This document shows, piece after piece, positions 47,901 through 61,470 of a stretch of 64,000 nucleotides of DNA; the first letter of the stretch is position 1, and every line of letters begins with the position of its first letter. The stretch is from NCBI GenBank assembly GCA_030390025.1, contig CM059431.1:138076001-138140000 (forward strand). Direction: 5' to 3'. This DNA comes from Squalus acanthias (taxonomy: Eukaryota). Both the position numbers and the translations under genes were made by a program. Below the pieces are notes generated by a model, which saw only the letters and a program-made list of their open reading frames with translations, was not told where the DNA came from and did not search any database.

Positions 47901-49630
47901 TCGGCCCTTCGAGCCTGCTCCTCTATTCAATAAGATCATGGATGATCTTATACCTCAACTCCAGCTGGCCGCGCGATCCCCATATCCCTTGGTTCACTGA
48001 TTATCCAAACATCTATCGATTTCTGTGTTCAAAATAGTCAAGGACTGAGCATCGACAGCCCTCTAGGGTAGCGAATTACGAAGTTTCACAGCCCTTTGAG
48101 TGAAGAAATGTCTCTACATCTCAGTCCTAAATGGCCGACCCCTTATTCTGAGATTGTGACACTAGTTGTAGATTCCCCGGCCAGGAGAAACATCCTTCCT
48201 GCATCTACCCTGTCAAGCCCCTCAATAATTGTATACGTTTCAATGAGATCACCTTTCATTCTTCTAAACTCTTGGGATTATAGGCCTAGTCTACTCAGTC
48301 TCTCCTCATAGGCAATCCCCTCATCCCGGGAATCAGTCTAGCGAACCTTTGTTGCACTCCCTCTATGGCAAGTTTATCCTTCCTTAGTTAATGAGACCAA
48401 AACTGTACACGATGCTCCAGTTGTGGTCTCGCCAGGGCCCTACATAATTGCAGTAAGACTTCTACAATTATGCTCCAATCCTTTTGTAATGAAGGCTGAC
48501 AGACCATTTCCTTTACTAATTGCTTGCTGCACCTTCATGTTAACTTTCCGTGATTTGTGTGCAAGGACACCCAGTTCTCTCTGAATACCAACATTTCCCA
48601 ATCTCTCGCCATTTAAAAAATACTCTGCTTTTCTATTATTCCTACCAAAGTGAATAACTTCACATTTCTCCACAGTGGATTCCAGCTGCCATGCGCTTAC
48701 CCACTCACTTAACCTGTCTATATCCACTTGCAGCCTCTTTGCATCCTCGTCACAACTTGCCTTCCCACCTAGCTTTGTATCATCAGCAAACCTGGATACG
48801 TTACACTCGTCCCCTCATCGAAGCCATTGACATAGATTGTAAAAGCTGCGGCCCAAGCACTGATTCTTGCATTACCCCACTATTTACAGCCTGCAAAACT
48901 TAAAATAACCTGTTTATTCCTTCACTCTATTTTCTGTCCGATAACCAATCCTCAATCCATGCTAATATATTGCCCACAACCCCATGAGCCCTTATCTTGC
49001 ATAGCAACCTTTTATGTGGCAACCGATCGAATATATTTTGGAAAACCAAATATACTACCTCCACTGTTTCCCCCTTATCTACCCTGCTAGTTACAACCTC
49101 AAGAAATTCTATTAGATTTGTCAAGCATGATTTCCCTTTCATAACTCCGTGTTGACTCTGCCCAATCATATTTTGATTTTCTAAGTGCCCTGTTACCAAG
49201 TCCCTAATAATAGATTACAAAACCAATAAACTGCGGTTGCTGGAAATCTGAAATAAAAACAGAAAATGCTGGAAATACTCAACAGGTCAGGCAGCATCTA
49301 TGGAGAGAGAAACAAAGTTAACGTTTCAGGTCGATGACCCTTCGTCAGAACATATTCCAAATAAAGATTCCTTCATTAGCATTTTCACTACTACTGATAT
49401 CAGGCGAACTGGCCTGTACTGCTCAATATTCTCTCTTCCTATTTCTTGAATAGCAGGATTATTGTTGAAACTTTCCAATCGGTGGGGACCGTTATTGAAT
49501 CTAAGAAATTCTGGAAGAGCAAAACCAAGGCATCCACTATCTCTGTAGCAACTTCTTTTAAAACCCTAGATTGTAGGCTATCAGGTCCCGGGAATTGTCA
49601 GCTTTTAGTCCCATTAATTTCTCCAGTCTA
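47900..49630 (-). mobile_element. Degenerate 5'-truncated CR1 LINE interrupted at 49217-49351
   Basis: [18 protein letters not shown] and KCEVIHFG motifs plus 3'UTR. Confidence 0.85.
49217..49351 (-). mobile_element. Short Penelope-type element with minimal hammerhead core (copy 2)
   Basis: Minus strand reads gtt-CTGACGA-a-gggtc-atc-gacct-GAAAC-GTT-aac; body homologous to 37593-37722. Confidence 0.75.
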
Positions 49631-49642
49631 TTCCTTTACTCA

Positions 49643-49935
49643 GGGAACGGTAGCGCAGTGGTAATGTCACTGTGCAATAATCCCGAGACATGAATTCAAA
49701 TCCCACCCAGGCAGCTGGGGAATTTAAATTCACTTAATTAAATACATCTGGAATGTGTAATAGTAATGGTCGCTATCGTTTGTCATAAAAACTCGTCTGG
49801 TTCACTAATGTTCTTTAGGGAAGGAAATCTGCCGTACTTAACTGGTCTGGCCCAGACCCACAGTAATGTGGCTGCCTTTTAACTGCCCTCTGAAATGGTC
49901 GAGCAAGCCATTCAAACCGCTACGAAAAACAATAC
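49643..49935 (+). mobile_element. tRNA-derived SINE-like element
   Basis: A-box-like TAGCGCAGTGG and B-box-like AATTCAAATCCC, followed by a repeat core TTCACTAATGTTCTTTAGGGAAGGAAATCTGCC; family not assigned. Confidence 0.6.
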
Positions 49936-50269
49936 AAAGAAAGTCCTTAAAGGGATTGTGGAGGCCGCCCAGAGAAGGTAAACTAAACAGTTTTGGACTT
50001 GGCAGATGTTGCAAGATTGGACCTGGGCTCACCCTCTCAACTTTTGCCTCCCTCCCTTACCCAAGCGCTGGCTTGCTGTCGGTGCCAGCCGAATTTCGAC
50101 AAACCAGCTGCATCAGACGATTGGCGTCTGAAGCTCGCGGATTTTAAGCGGAGAAAGCCGAAAGCCCAATTTTCAGTGAGTTTCTGCCTCACGTCTTTGA
50201 GTGCATGTTCAACTTGTCCAAGACACTTGGCAATCCTTTCCAGCGCTCGACCAAGTTCTTCCCCAGAGC

Positions 50270-50815
50270 CCAAGGCGCTTCACAGGAGCGATTATCAGAC
50301 ACAATTTGACACCAAGCCACATATGCAGATATTAGGACAGGTGACGAAAGGGTTGGTCAAAGTGATAGGTTTTAAGCAGCGCCTTTGTGGAGGAGAGAGA
50401 GAGAGGTAGAGAGCGGTACAGGTTTATGGAAGTTTTACCAGTGTTTAGGGCCTCTGCAGCTGAAGGAACGGCCGTCAATGGTGCAGCGAAAAAATCGGGG
50501 ATGCGCAAGTGGGCAGAATTGGAGGAGCCAAATATCTCGGATGGTTGTAGGGTTGGAGTAGGTTACAGAGATAGAGAGTGTGAGGCCATGGAGGGTTTTG
50601 AAAACATGGATGAGATTTTAAAATTGTTGTGTTTCAGGAGAGGAGGCAATGTAGTTCAGTATATTGAGGGGGTGATGTGTGAACGGGACTTGGTGCGAGT
50701 TAGAATACAGGCAGCGGAAGTTTACCGAGGGTGCAAGGTGGAAGGCCGGCCAGGAGACCATTGGAATAGTCGAATCTTGAGGTAACAATAGCAAGGCTGA
50801 GGGATTGAACACCTC
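50270..50815 (-). mobile_element. Probable L2-type LINE 3' fragment
   Basis: Minus strand gives RLDYSNGLLAGLP, SPITP and LWNS/LPK-like L2 C-terminal remnants. Confidence 0.55.
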
Positions 50816-51714
50816 TTTTAGGCCCCTACAGCAAGCTGAAAAACTATTACAAATAAATAGAAATAGGTCTGTGCAACTGAAAGATGCGCGGTCAGTCTAA
50901 AAATTACTGTTTGCGATATTCGCAGATTAAATCGTAATATTTAGAATGGAATCCCTCCGTACAATTTTAGTGGTGGTTTTGACCTTTCTATCCTGAATGG
51001 TAGGCGAAGTTGCTTGAAATGAGTGAGTTAGTGATTCCGATACCAACAAAAACAGGGCTAATGTTAATCTTCTTTCAATGGAGAGTAAAAACGGGTGGAG
51101 TTTCAAACGAGTGGAAGCCCAGAACCCGCACGTTTACAGTCCGACCGGTTTAGTTAAATTACCTCTCCTGGTGTCTTAACAAATACTTTCATGACACGCC
51201 CGTACCATGTTACTCCTTGTGAATAGCTTAGTTGACTCGCTGGGAGATTCCTACCAAATTACCCAGCACCGTTCCAATTCCACAACCTGCCTGAAGAGTC
51301 CAATCATTTCCCTGTAGAGTCCTGTGTCTCTGTGAGCTGGAGGTCACCGCATGTGATCTTAGAGGAAGAATGCAACCGGTGACATGTCTCTTCTTTAGAG
51401 GAGGTGTTCACCAATTTAAAAGGAAATAACATTTTCCAATCAGGCGTCTGCTGAGTGCAAGGCCTCTCCCCAAGCTTTCAGTCTAGAATCGGAAATCCGC
51501 TACAATTCCTTATAATCGGTGACAGATCCGTGAAATTGGATACAGGGATATGGGCACAACAGGTGCATCAGCTAACGTCTGCATTTGCTATTCCATAGAT
51601 CAGTCCGTTTAAGCAGCTGATTGCTACAGGGCACAGAGTAGGAATGTTGCAGGTTCTAGACTAACGTAGCATTCATTGGGCGGGGGAACAGGAAAATTAT
51701 TACCGCTCTTGCAT

Positions 51715-51911
51715 GCAATTTTAACCTTACCTGACAGTCGGGAAACTGATGAAATCGGGTGTACGCGGATTTTGTACCCCGCCTGCTTTTATTCAAATTG
51801 AAGTCAATGTACAAAAATATAGAGGGGGCGGGGTTGGGGAGGATGTAAAACTGGTTTTCCACCCGATCCTTTCATTTTCCCTCCCGACCTGTTATGTTAA
51901 AATTACCCCAG
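51715..51911. mobile_element. Palindromic MITE-like element
   Basis: caattttaac / gttaaaattac ends; gtcggga / tcccgac and atcgggtg / cacccgat internal symmetry. Confidence 0.6.
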
Positions 51912-52449
51912 TGGGAGGGGTGTGTGTATGTGTGGGGGGTGGGGGGCGGGGGGCGGGGCTGGAGTCCAGGACCAGGTATGAGTGATCACTCTCCGGACAG
52001 GCTGAGAAATGTACAGTTGACACCCACCCGATTGCCCGACTGATCGCCGCCACCAACAAGTAATGAAGCTGATCAGAGGTGAAAAGTGAGGCGGGGGGAA
52101 TTACAGGAGGTGTAGAAAGAAAATAAGTTGGTCTTAGGTCAAGAAAGTAAAAGAGCAGTAATTAGTTTATTTCAATCGTTTAAGCAACACATTCATTACT
52201 GCATCAAAGATCAGCAAGGTTGTTCACTACAGAAAGAACAACGAATCAGAGCTGGAATCTGTTGTATTATAGGGTGATTTTCCCAATCTAATCCGTTGTG
52301 ACAGGTCTCAAGTTTCTCTTTATTCTATTCATTTATGAGCTGGTTTTTGAGGAAATGCTCTTAGCTTCACACGTGTTGTTCGATAGAAAAAATGACGTTA
52401 TGCATGAACTGGATTGTGACGCCACTGCAGCAAATAGTCTTCCTGCTAA

Positions 52450-53975
52450 TCATAGAATCACGAATGATACAGCACAGAAAGAGGCCATTCGGCCCATCGC
52501 GCCTATGCTGACTTCCTGAAAGAACGATCCAATTACACCTACTACCCTGCTCTTTCCCCATAGCCCTGTAATTTTTCCGCTTTAATTTTATATACACTTA
52601 CTTTTTGAAAGTTAATTTTGAAGCTGCTTCCACCGTCCTTTCAGTCAGTGTGTTCCAGATTATAACAACTCGCTGTGTAAATACATTTCTCCTCATCTGC
52701 CCTCATGCACTTTTGCCAATTACAATGGCCCATAATTTACGGCCACGCATGTACCGCGTTTTCGCGCGAGACGCGCATGCGTGAATATCCGGATCCTGCG
52801 AACTTTCAAAAATTTTCTTGACAGATCCAATACATTCCCAGGATAAGGGCATCGCGGCCCGAGAGTTGTGCTATTTGTCCAACTTCTGCCGAGTGAATGC
52901 CCGTGAAATTCTTATCCCGAGTAAAACCTGCGTAAGAGATTTAAAAAATGTTAATTTAATATCCAATCATTCATAAATTTTAAAAAACCTGCAATAAGGT
53001 AAACTTATTTTAGCACCTTTAAAACAGTTAAATTTATTTTTCAAAAAACGAAGTTTTTGTTTCGAATATTTAATGAAATGGCATTTTAAATATATAATGT
53101 TTTTTATTTAGTAATTTGATGTGCAGTTGTATTTTTGGGGTATTCCCATTCATGCTTGTGGGGATTCCGTACAGAAGGAATCCCCATCAGCATGAATGGT
53201 GATTCCTTTATTTTATTGGTTGGGCAAGCTCACGAGATCCCAGGTGCGCTTGAGAATCACGTGCACCCCTAGGATACCTGGGCCTCTACCGCGGGAACCC
53301 CGAGAGGCGCAGGACCTCGAATCTCCGGACTTCCTGGACCACCAGGTACGCGGGCATTTTATTTGCGAATCGGAGACAATTCCCCGCTGGAAGCCCCTGA
53401 CCACAAATTCAGGGCCATTAAATCTGTGTCCTCTGGTTAACGACTCTTCTGTCAGTGGAAATAGCTTCTCCGAATTATTCTATCAAAACGCCTCATAATA
53501 TTGAACACCTCTATTAATTCTCCCCTTATCCTTCCCTGCTTTAAGGAGAATAATCTCAGCTTCTATAGGCTCTTGAAGTAACTGAAACTGCTCACCTCTG
53601 CTAACATTCTAGTAAATCTCGTCTGCATCATCTCCAAGGTTTTCTTATCCTTTCTAAAGTGTGCTATGCCGAATTGGACACAATGTTCCACTGGAGGCCT
53701 AATCAGTGATTTACAAAGATTGAGCATATCTTCCGTCCTTTTGGACACTATGCCTCTATTTAGAAACCAATTTATCCCGTATGCTGTTAACAGCTATATC
53801 AGCTTGTCCTGCCACCATCAAAGTTGAGTGTCCCTGAACCCCCCGGTCTCTCGGTCCCTGTACTGCCTTCCAGTACATAAGGTCGCAGAAATGAATATTT
53901 TATAAAGATTCTCCTCGTCCTACGTTCAAAAATACAACATTTCACACTTCTCTGCATTAAATTTCATCTTTAATG
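52450..53975 (-). mobile_element. Old CR1 3' fragment interrupted by a MITE
   Basis: IRPPVEHCVQF...FRKD remnant; decayed tail at ~52450. Confidence 0.7.
52725..53418. mobile_element. Non-autonomous DNA transposon/MITE-like element
   Basis: aatggcccataattt / aaattcagggccatt TIRs; related to 27304-27986. Confidence 0.65.
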
Positions 53976-55403
53976 TGTCCCATTGTAAGATCTCCATTCA
54001 TACCATTGAAACACTTTCTATAACGGTGGTGACATCAGACTGTTGTCGGTTGGACCGTGGTGATTGGTGTTTGAGACATGCTGTCCTGATCAGTAGGCTC
54101 ATGGGAAGGCTGTGAAGGAATACATAATAGTTGGAAAACAGTAAATAAATAAACAAATAAATAAATATGCAAACATCCAAGCTGAGTTAAATGCGAATGA
54201 TTTCCTCCACATAATGTGTGAAATACCTCGATAAATGAGAATCGCAGTATACGGTATAATGTGCTAGAAATTACTGTCTATTTAACGATGAGGTTAATGA
54301 TACTCACTATTATTTATTTTCAAATCAGACAGCGACTTCCAGCCAGCACAGATGCGCAGTTCTACTCGAAAACCTGGAGTTGCTGTCCGAGACCCACCGC
54401 TATTCGTCAGGCTGCTCGAGAATGGCATCTCGTTGTCTGGCTCCCCATTCAAATGTACTGAGCTGCGTGAATTTCCTGCACTTGCAAGATAGAGCGGGAC
54501 TAATCTCGCCACAGAAAGCTAGGGAATGTCCATATCAGTCTAAGTAGATTTTTTTGAAAGAGTAACAATTTTTAATTACTGCCAAACAACCTCTCCGGCA
54601 TTGATAATTAATGATTACGAATGCGGAACCTTATTCCTACAGATTTTAGTTGTTGACGGAGATTATTTTAAAAAATAAAAAATTTTAATGAATTAGTTTA
54701 TCTTTCTTTCTGTCTCTATTTACTCTCTCTGAATCCAATAATCCTGTCCCTTTCTCTTTTTCGGTTTCAATACCTGATTTGACATTGAATTCACTATTCT
54801 AACTTACAATTCCCATTTCAGAATCTGCGTTGTTCGTACTTCATTCCTTCACTATGATTGGTGAAGGAGATACACAGTTGCTTGCTCGCCGCAACGTTTA
54901 AATCTCTGACTGCAGCTTCCAGTACAAAAGGTCATCGAAATTAAATGGTCATGGCAAGTCTAACGAATGGCGGGCGCCGTTCGTCCGCTGGCTACTGTAA
55001 ATCGTGGCGCCAAATTCCTCATTCCAATACCTTTGGGAGGTTAATACCAATTTCTGAATATTTAGAGTCAATATTCAGCAGAGCCGGGAATATTGATTGT
55101 TAATTTCGTCTTGCAAATACAAACCTTATTGACTTGTATCATTGAATGGCGCCATAAATCCTTGCCTCCAGAAATGGAAACTACAATTGATATTAACATC
55201 TCCAATATTGCCAGCAGGTAGAGAACGAGTACGAGACTGAAACGGTATATCTGTGGAGCAGTGGCAAGAACATGTTCAGGGCAATCAGAAATAAGACGAC
55301 TTCTGGCAACGAGAGATGTCGTTCAGACAGCGACAGCACAATTCAAGGAGAATCTGAAATCGAAGCTCACAAATTAGCCAATTTTGGGCCAATGAAAAAT
55401 ATT

Positions 55404-55541
55404 GGGAGTGAAATTGATCTCGACCAGTAGTGCTAAACGGAGATCGGAAGTCCGTTTTACGCTCCTCCCGATTTTTCTCTACAATTCAATTTAATGGAAA
55501 AGAAAATCGGGAGGAGCGTAAAGCAGGCTAATTTCATCCCC
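55404..55541. mobile_element. Short palindromic MITE-like element
   Basis: Perfect 20-bp IR tttacgctcctcccgatttt / aaaatcgggaggagcgtaaa; gggagtgaaatt / aatttcatccc ends. Confidence 0.65.
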
Positions 55542-55580
55542 ATTGACTCAATTTTAGACGACCGCCCACAGGGATTACAT

Positions 55581-58500
55581 AACATAAGAACATAAGAACA
55601 TAAGAAATAGGAGCAGGATTAGGCCAATTGGCCCCTCGAGCCTGCTCCGCCATTCAATAAGATCATGGCTGATCTGATCCTAACCGCCAATCTACTATCA
55701 CAGAACCATCTCCTGAACCTAACAGAATTGGACACACGAAATAGGAGCAGGATCAGGCTACACGGCCCCTGGGCCCGCTACGCTACCCACAGGGCCATGA
55801 CCGATCCGAACCTAGACTCATGTCCAAATTCCTGCCCGCTCCCCGTAACCCTTAATTCCCTTTACTTCTAGGAAACTGTCTATTTCTGTTTTAAATTTAT
55901 GTAATGATGTAGCTTCTACAGCTTTTTGGGCAGCATATTCCATGGACCTACCACCCTCTGGGTGAAATAGTTCCTTCTCATCTCAGTTTTGAAAGAGCAG
56001 CCCCTTATTCTAAGACTATGCCCCCTAGTTCTAGTTTCACCCATCATCAGGAACATCCTCCCCGCATCCACCCGATCCAACTCCTTCACAATCTTATATG
56101 TTTCAATAAGATCGCCTCTCATTCTTCTGAACTCCAATGAGTAGAGTCCCAATCTACCCAACCTCTCCTCATATGTCCATCCCCTCATCCCCGGGATTAA
56201 CCGAGTGAACCTTCTTTGTACTGACTCGAGAGCAAGTATGTCTTTTCTTAAGTATGGACACCAAAATTGTATGCAGTATTCCAGGTGCGGTCTCACCAAT
56301 ACCTCGTACAACTGAAGCAATACCTCCCTATTTTTATATTCTATCCCCATAGCAATGAAAGCCAACATTCCATTGGGTTTCTTAATCAGTTGCTGCACCT
56401 GCATACTAACCTTTTGAGTTTTGTGCACCAGGACCCCCAGATCCCTTTGTACTTCAGTACTTTCCAGTTTCTTGCCATTTAGATAATAACTTGCTCTACT
56501 ATTTTTCCTGCCAAAGTGCATAACCTCACACTTTCCAGTATTGTATTCCATCTGCCAAATCCCTGCCCACTTACTTAGCCTGTCTATGTCCCCTTGCAGA
56601 TTTTTTATGTCCTCCTCACTCACTACTTTCCTCCCATCTAATATCATCTGCAAACTTTGATATGTTACACTCGGTCCCCTCCTCCAAATCGTTAATATAG
56701 ATTGTAAAGAGTTGGGGACCCAGCACTGACCCCTGCGAAACACCACTAGTTACTGATTGCCAGTCTGAGAATGAACCATTTATCCCAACTCTCTGCCTTC
56801 TGTTAGATAGCCAATCCTCTATCCATGCCAGAATATTACCCCCAATCCCGTGATTTTTTATCTTAAGCAATAATCTTTTGTGTGGCACCTTGTCAAATGC
56901 CTTTTGGAAGTCTAAATACACCACATCCACTGGTTCCCCTTTGTCCACCCTCTGTGTTACTTCCTCAAAGAACTCCAGCAAATTTGTCAAACATGACTTC
57001 CCCTTCATAAAACCATGCTGACTTTGTCCTATTAAATTATGATTATCCAAATGTTCCGTTACTGTCTCCTTAATAATGGACTTCAAAATTTTACCTACCA
57101 CAGATGTTAGGCTAACCGGTCCATAGTTTCCAGCCTTCTGTCTACTGCCCTTTTTAAATAAGGGTGTTACATTAGCAGTTTTCCAGTCTGCCGGGATCTT
57201 TGCTGAGTCCAGGGAGTTTTGGAAAATTATTACCAATGCATCCACAATCCCTACCGCCACTTCCCTCAAGACCGTAGGATGTAAGCCATCAGGTCCAGGT
57301 GATTTATCCGCCTTGAGTCCCATTATTTTACCGAGTACCACTTCCTTAGTGATTTTGATCGTGTTTAGCTCCTCCCCCCCTATAGCCCCCTGTTTGTCCA
57401 GTGTTGGGATATTCTTAGTGTCCTCTACTGTAAAGACTGATACAAAATATTAATTCAGTGTATTTGCCATCTCCATATTTCCCACCATTAATTTCCCGGT
57501 CTCATCCTCTAAGGGACCAACATTTACTTTAGCCACCCTTTTTCTTTTTATATAACTATAAAAACTCTTACTATCTCTTTTTATATTTTTTGCTAATTTA
57601 CTTTCATAATCTATCTTCCCTTTCTTAATCAATCTTTTTGTTATTTTTTGCTGTCTTTTAAAGTTTTCCCAATCCTCTAACCTCCCATTAGATTTTGCTA
57701 CCTTATAAGCCCTTGTTTTTAGTCGAATATTATCCTTAATTTCTTTACTTAGCCATGGATGACTGTCTTTTCTTTTACACCCTTTTCTTCTCAGTTGAAT
57801 ATATATTTTCTGGAAGTTGTAAAATAACTCCTTAAATGTACACCACTGATCAAATATCGTCTTACCCTTTAATCTATTTTCCCAATCCACTCTACTCAAT
57901 TTTGCTCGCATACCTTCATAGTCTCCTTTATTCAAGCTTAGCACGCTTGTTTGAGATCCAACCTTCTCACCCTCTAATTGAATATGGAATTCAACCATGT
58001 TATGGTCACTCATTCCAAGGGGATCCTTTACTAAGACATTTTTAATTAATCCTGTCTCGTTACACAGGACCAGATCTAAGGTTGCTTGCCCCCTGGTCGG
58101 TTCAGTTACATACTGCTCAAGACCCCATCCCTAATACATTCAATGAACTCATCTTCAAGGCAGCCCTGCCCAATTTGATTTGTCCAATTAATATGATAGT
58201 TAAAATCCCCGACAATTAAAGATGTTCCCTTATTACAAGCCTCAACTATTTCCTGATTGATACTCCGTCCAACAGAGTTGCAACTGTTTGGAGGCCTATA
58301 GACTACGCCCACTAATGTTTTTTTCCCCTTATTATTCCTTATCTCCACCCAAACTGTTTCATTATCCTGATCTTTTGACCCAATATCATTTCTCTGTATT
58401 ACAGTGATTCCTTCCTTTATTAACATAGCCACCCCACCTCCCCTTCCTTCCTGCCTGTCCTTCCTGATCGTTAAATAACCTGGTATGTTTAATTCCCAGG

Positions 58501-59453
58501 CATTGTCACCCTGCAGCCATGTTTCTGTAATGGCCACAAGATCATACCCCTTTGTAGTTATTTGTGCCATTAACTCATCTATTTTGTTACGAATGCTACG
58601 TGCATTCAGATAGAGAACTTTCAAATATGTTTTGTGACACTTAGTTCCTGCTTTTGCCCTTTTTATTACTTTACCTTTTACTCCATACCTTCTGCCCCTT
58701 CCTGGCACACTCTGGTTTTTAATTTCCCCACTGCTACCTAAGTCTATGACCTTCTCTGTTGTCATTTTTATTATTTGCTCTCTAGGAACCTCCCCCCCAC
58801 TAGTTAGTTTAAACCCCTCTCTACAGCCCTAGTTATATGATCCGCCAGGACTCTAGTCCCAGCACTGGCCAAGTGAAGCCCGTCCCAACGGAACAGCTCC
58901 CTCCTGCCCCAGTACTGGTGCCAGTGTCCCAGGAAGCAAAACCCATTTCTCCCACACCAGTCTTTGAGCCACTCATTTAAATCTCTAATTTTATTTGTCC
59001 TAGCCAAATTCGCTCGTGGCTCAGGTAATAATCCAGAGATTAATACCCTTGAGGTTCTGTTTTTTAATTTGACCCCTAGCTGCTCATACTCCTTTAACAG
59101 AACCTGCTTCCTTGTCCTGTCTACGTCGTTTGTAACAACATGGAGCACGACAACTGGATCCACCCCCTCCCACTGCAAGTTTCTTTCCAGCCCAGAGGAG
59201 ATGTCCTTAACCCTGGCACCGGGCAGGCAACACAGCCTACGGGACTCTTGCTCTCGGCTGCAGAGAACTCTATCTATCCCCCTAATAATACTATCCCCTA
59301 CCACTACAACATTTCTATTTACTCCCCCCTCTTGAATGGCCCCCCGTTCCACGGTGCTGTGGCCAGGTTGCTCATCCTCCCTGCAGTCCCTGCTCCTGTC
59401 CCCACAGGGAGTAAGAACCTCGAACCTGTTGGACAAGAGCAAGGGCTGCGAGA
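55581..59453 (-). mobile_element. Near full-length CR1 LINE (TTCTTATG-tail family), truncated in ORF1, frameshifted ORF2
   Basis: SGNH ORF1 part to 58804, ORF2 pieces 58765-55916, doubled 3'UTR, TSD acat (55577-55580 / 59454-59457). Confidence 0.92.
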
Positions 59454-59559
59454 ACATGTCTTCAGCTGAAAATATATTTCAGGGTGGGGGAGGCAATTAC
59501 TGGACCAGGGCGTGGAAAAGTTGGTCAGCACCCGTTTGCAAGTCAGAACGTTGCTCTTA

Positions 59560-60005
59560 AAAGAAAGACTTGCATTTATATAGCGCCTTTCACGACCACC
59601 GGGCGTCTCCAAGCGCTTTACATCCAATTAAGTATTTTTTGGAGTGTACTCACTGTTGTAATATAGGAAACGCACAAGTCAAGCTCCCATTAGCAACGTG
59701 ATGCTGACCAGATAATCTGTTTTCTTAAGTTGATTGAGGGATAAATATTGGCCAGGACACCGGGGATAACTCATCTGCTCTTCTTCGAAAAATTCCATGA
59801 GATCTTTGACGTCCACCTGAGAGAGCAGACCTTGCTTTCACATCTCATCTGAAAGACGGCACCTCCGACAGTCCAGCATTCTCTCAGCAATGCACTGGAA
59901 TGTCAGCCTAGATTTTTGTGTTCAAGGTCCTGGAGCGGGACTGTGAACCCACAACCTTCTGACTCAGAGGCGAGAGTTCTACCCACTGAGCAACAGATGA
60001 CACTG
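59560..60005 (-). mobile_element. tRNA-headed DeuSINE-like SINE (copy 2)
   Basis: Homologous to 34640-35075 (catctgaaagacggcacctccgacagt shared); tail (TTTC)n near 59560. Confidence 0.72.
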
Positions 60006-60864
60006 TGGATAGGAAAACTGACCGCAATGTTGGAAGTTTAGAAGAACATTTAATTGAAGCATCTCTGCACTCCTGGTTGAGGAGGGAGCAGCCACAAAAC
60101 GCATGCGCTACAGCGCCGCCTCAGGCCGACTGGCATAACGTCTGGTCGTTACAAACTTGAACAGTTGACAATATAATTGGAAATGTTACAACAACTTGTG
60201 CACATGCAAGGTACGAACAGGCCGAAGATTGCTTTCATCTCTGCAGTACCAATTCATATAATCACAGAATTATACAGTACAGAAGGAGGCCATTCGGCCC
60301 TTCGTGCATATGCTTATACCTTGAAAGTGATATCCAATTCGACCCACTCCCCGGCCCTTTCCCCATCGCCATTTTTTTCCGTTCATGTATTATCAAATTT
60401 CACTTTGAATGTTATTATTCAAGGTTCTGTGATATTTTGCGAATTATCTTCAAACTGTGTCCTTTGGTTACCGACCCTCTGCCACTGGTTAATTCACACT
60501 ATCTATGTAATAAATATTTTTGTTAACTATTTGGAGAATTTAAGCAAATTTGTGTTGACTCTCTAAATATCTACTTTAACTTCAAGCTTGTTTCCTGTAT
60601 AAATGTCTTCACAGGAAGTCCTCTCCTCCCATTGAAACGGTGAATTGACTGCTTTGCGTTTACACTTCGTAAGATGGGAAACAAGACGCCTCCTAAAGGG
60701 ATTTGACACTGCTTTTCTCTCAAGTTGATCCGCCGACCACTGGTTTTATTGCGCCTGTGTTTGCCTGCGAAATGGAAAGCTGAACTGTGAAGGGCAATCT
60801 CGATTGTTTCTTGTAGGAAATTATTTAATTGTGCAACCCACGTAACAAGGCCAAAGAGAGTGCT

Positions 60865-61470
60865 GATTTGAATATTTATATATAAAGTTAGTTATGTTAA
60901 CTCTGTATAAAACATTGCTTAGGCTTTAGCTGCAGTAATGTGGCCTATTCAAGGCACCACACTTTCGGAAGGATGTCAAAGGCTGAGAGGGGGAGCACAT
61001 AGATGTTATAGAAAGGTACCAGGGATGAAAAAAAGTCAGTAATGTGTCTAGACTAGAGAAACTGGGTTGATCTCCTTGGAGCAGAGAAGTTTAAGGGGAC
61101 ATTTGGTAGAATTGTTCAAAATCATGAAGGTTTTTGATAGAGTAAATAAGGAGAAGCTGGTTCCAGTGGCAGCACGGTCGGGACCCAGAGGACATACATT
61201 TAAGGTAATTTGCAAATTAACCAAAGGCGACGTGAGGAAAAAATTATGTAGCGAGTTGTTGTGATATGCAATGTACTGCCTGAACGCGCGGTGGATTCAA
61301 TAATGCCTCTCAAAAGGGAATTGGATAAATACTTCAATCGGGAAAATTTTGCAGAGTTATGGAGAAATAGCAGTGGAGTGAATATGCCTGGATAACTCTT
61401 TAAAGGAGCAAGCACTGGCAGGATGGGCCGAATGGCCTCCCGCTCTGCTGTATTATTCTCTAATTCCGCG
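60865..61470 (+). mobile_element. Old CR1 3' fragment
   Basis: SLEQRSLRGHLVELFKIMK and KRELDKY remnants. Confidence 0.75.

Noticed and set aside
49643..49712. tRNA gene
   Set aside because: Only degenerate A/B boxes with no cloverleaf, followed by a SINE body; the same applies to the heads at ~35040 and ~59970
59454..59457. ATG start of the 217-aa ORF as the true ORF1 start
   Set aside because: The ATG comes from the TSD/flank (acat); the zinc-finger N-terminus is missing, so the element is 5'-truncated
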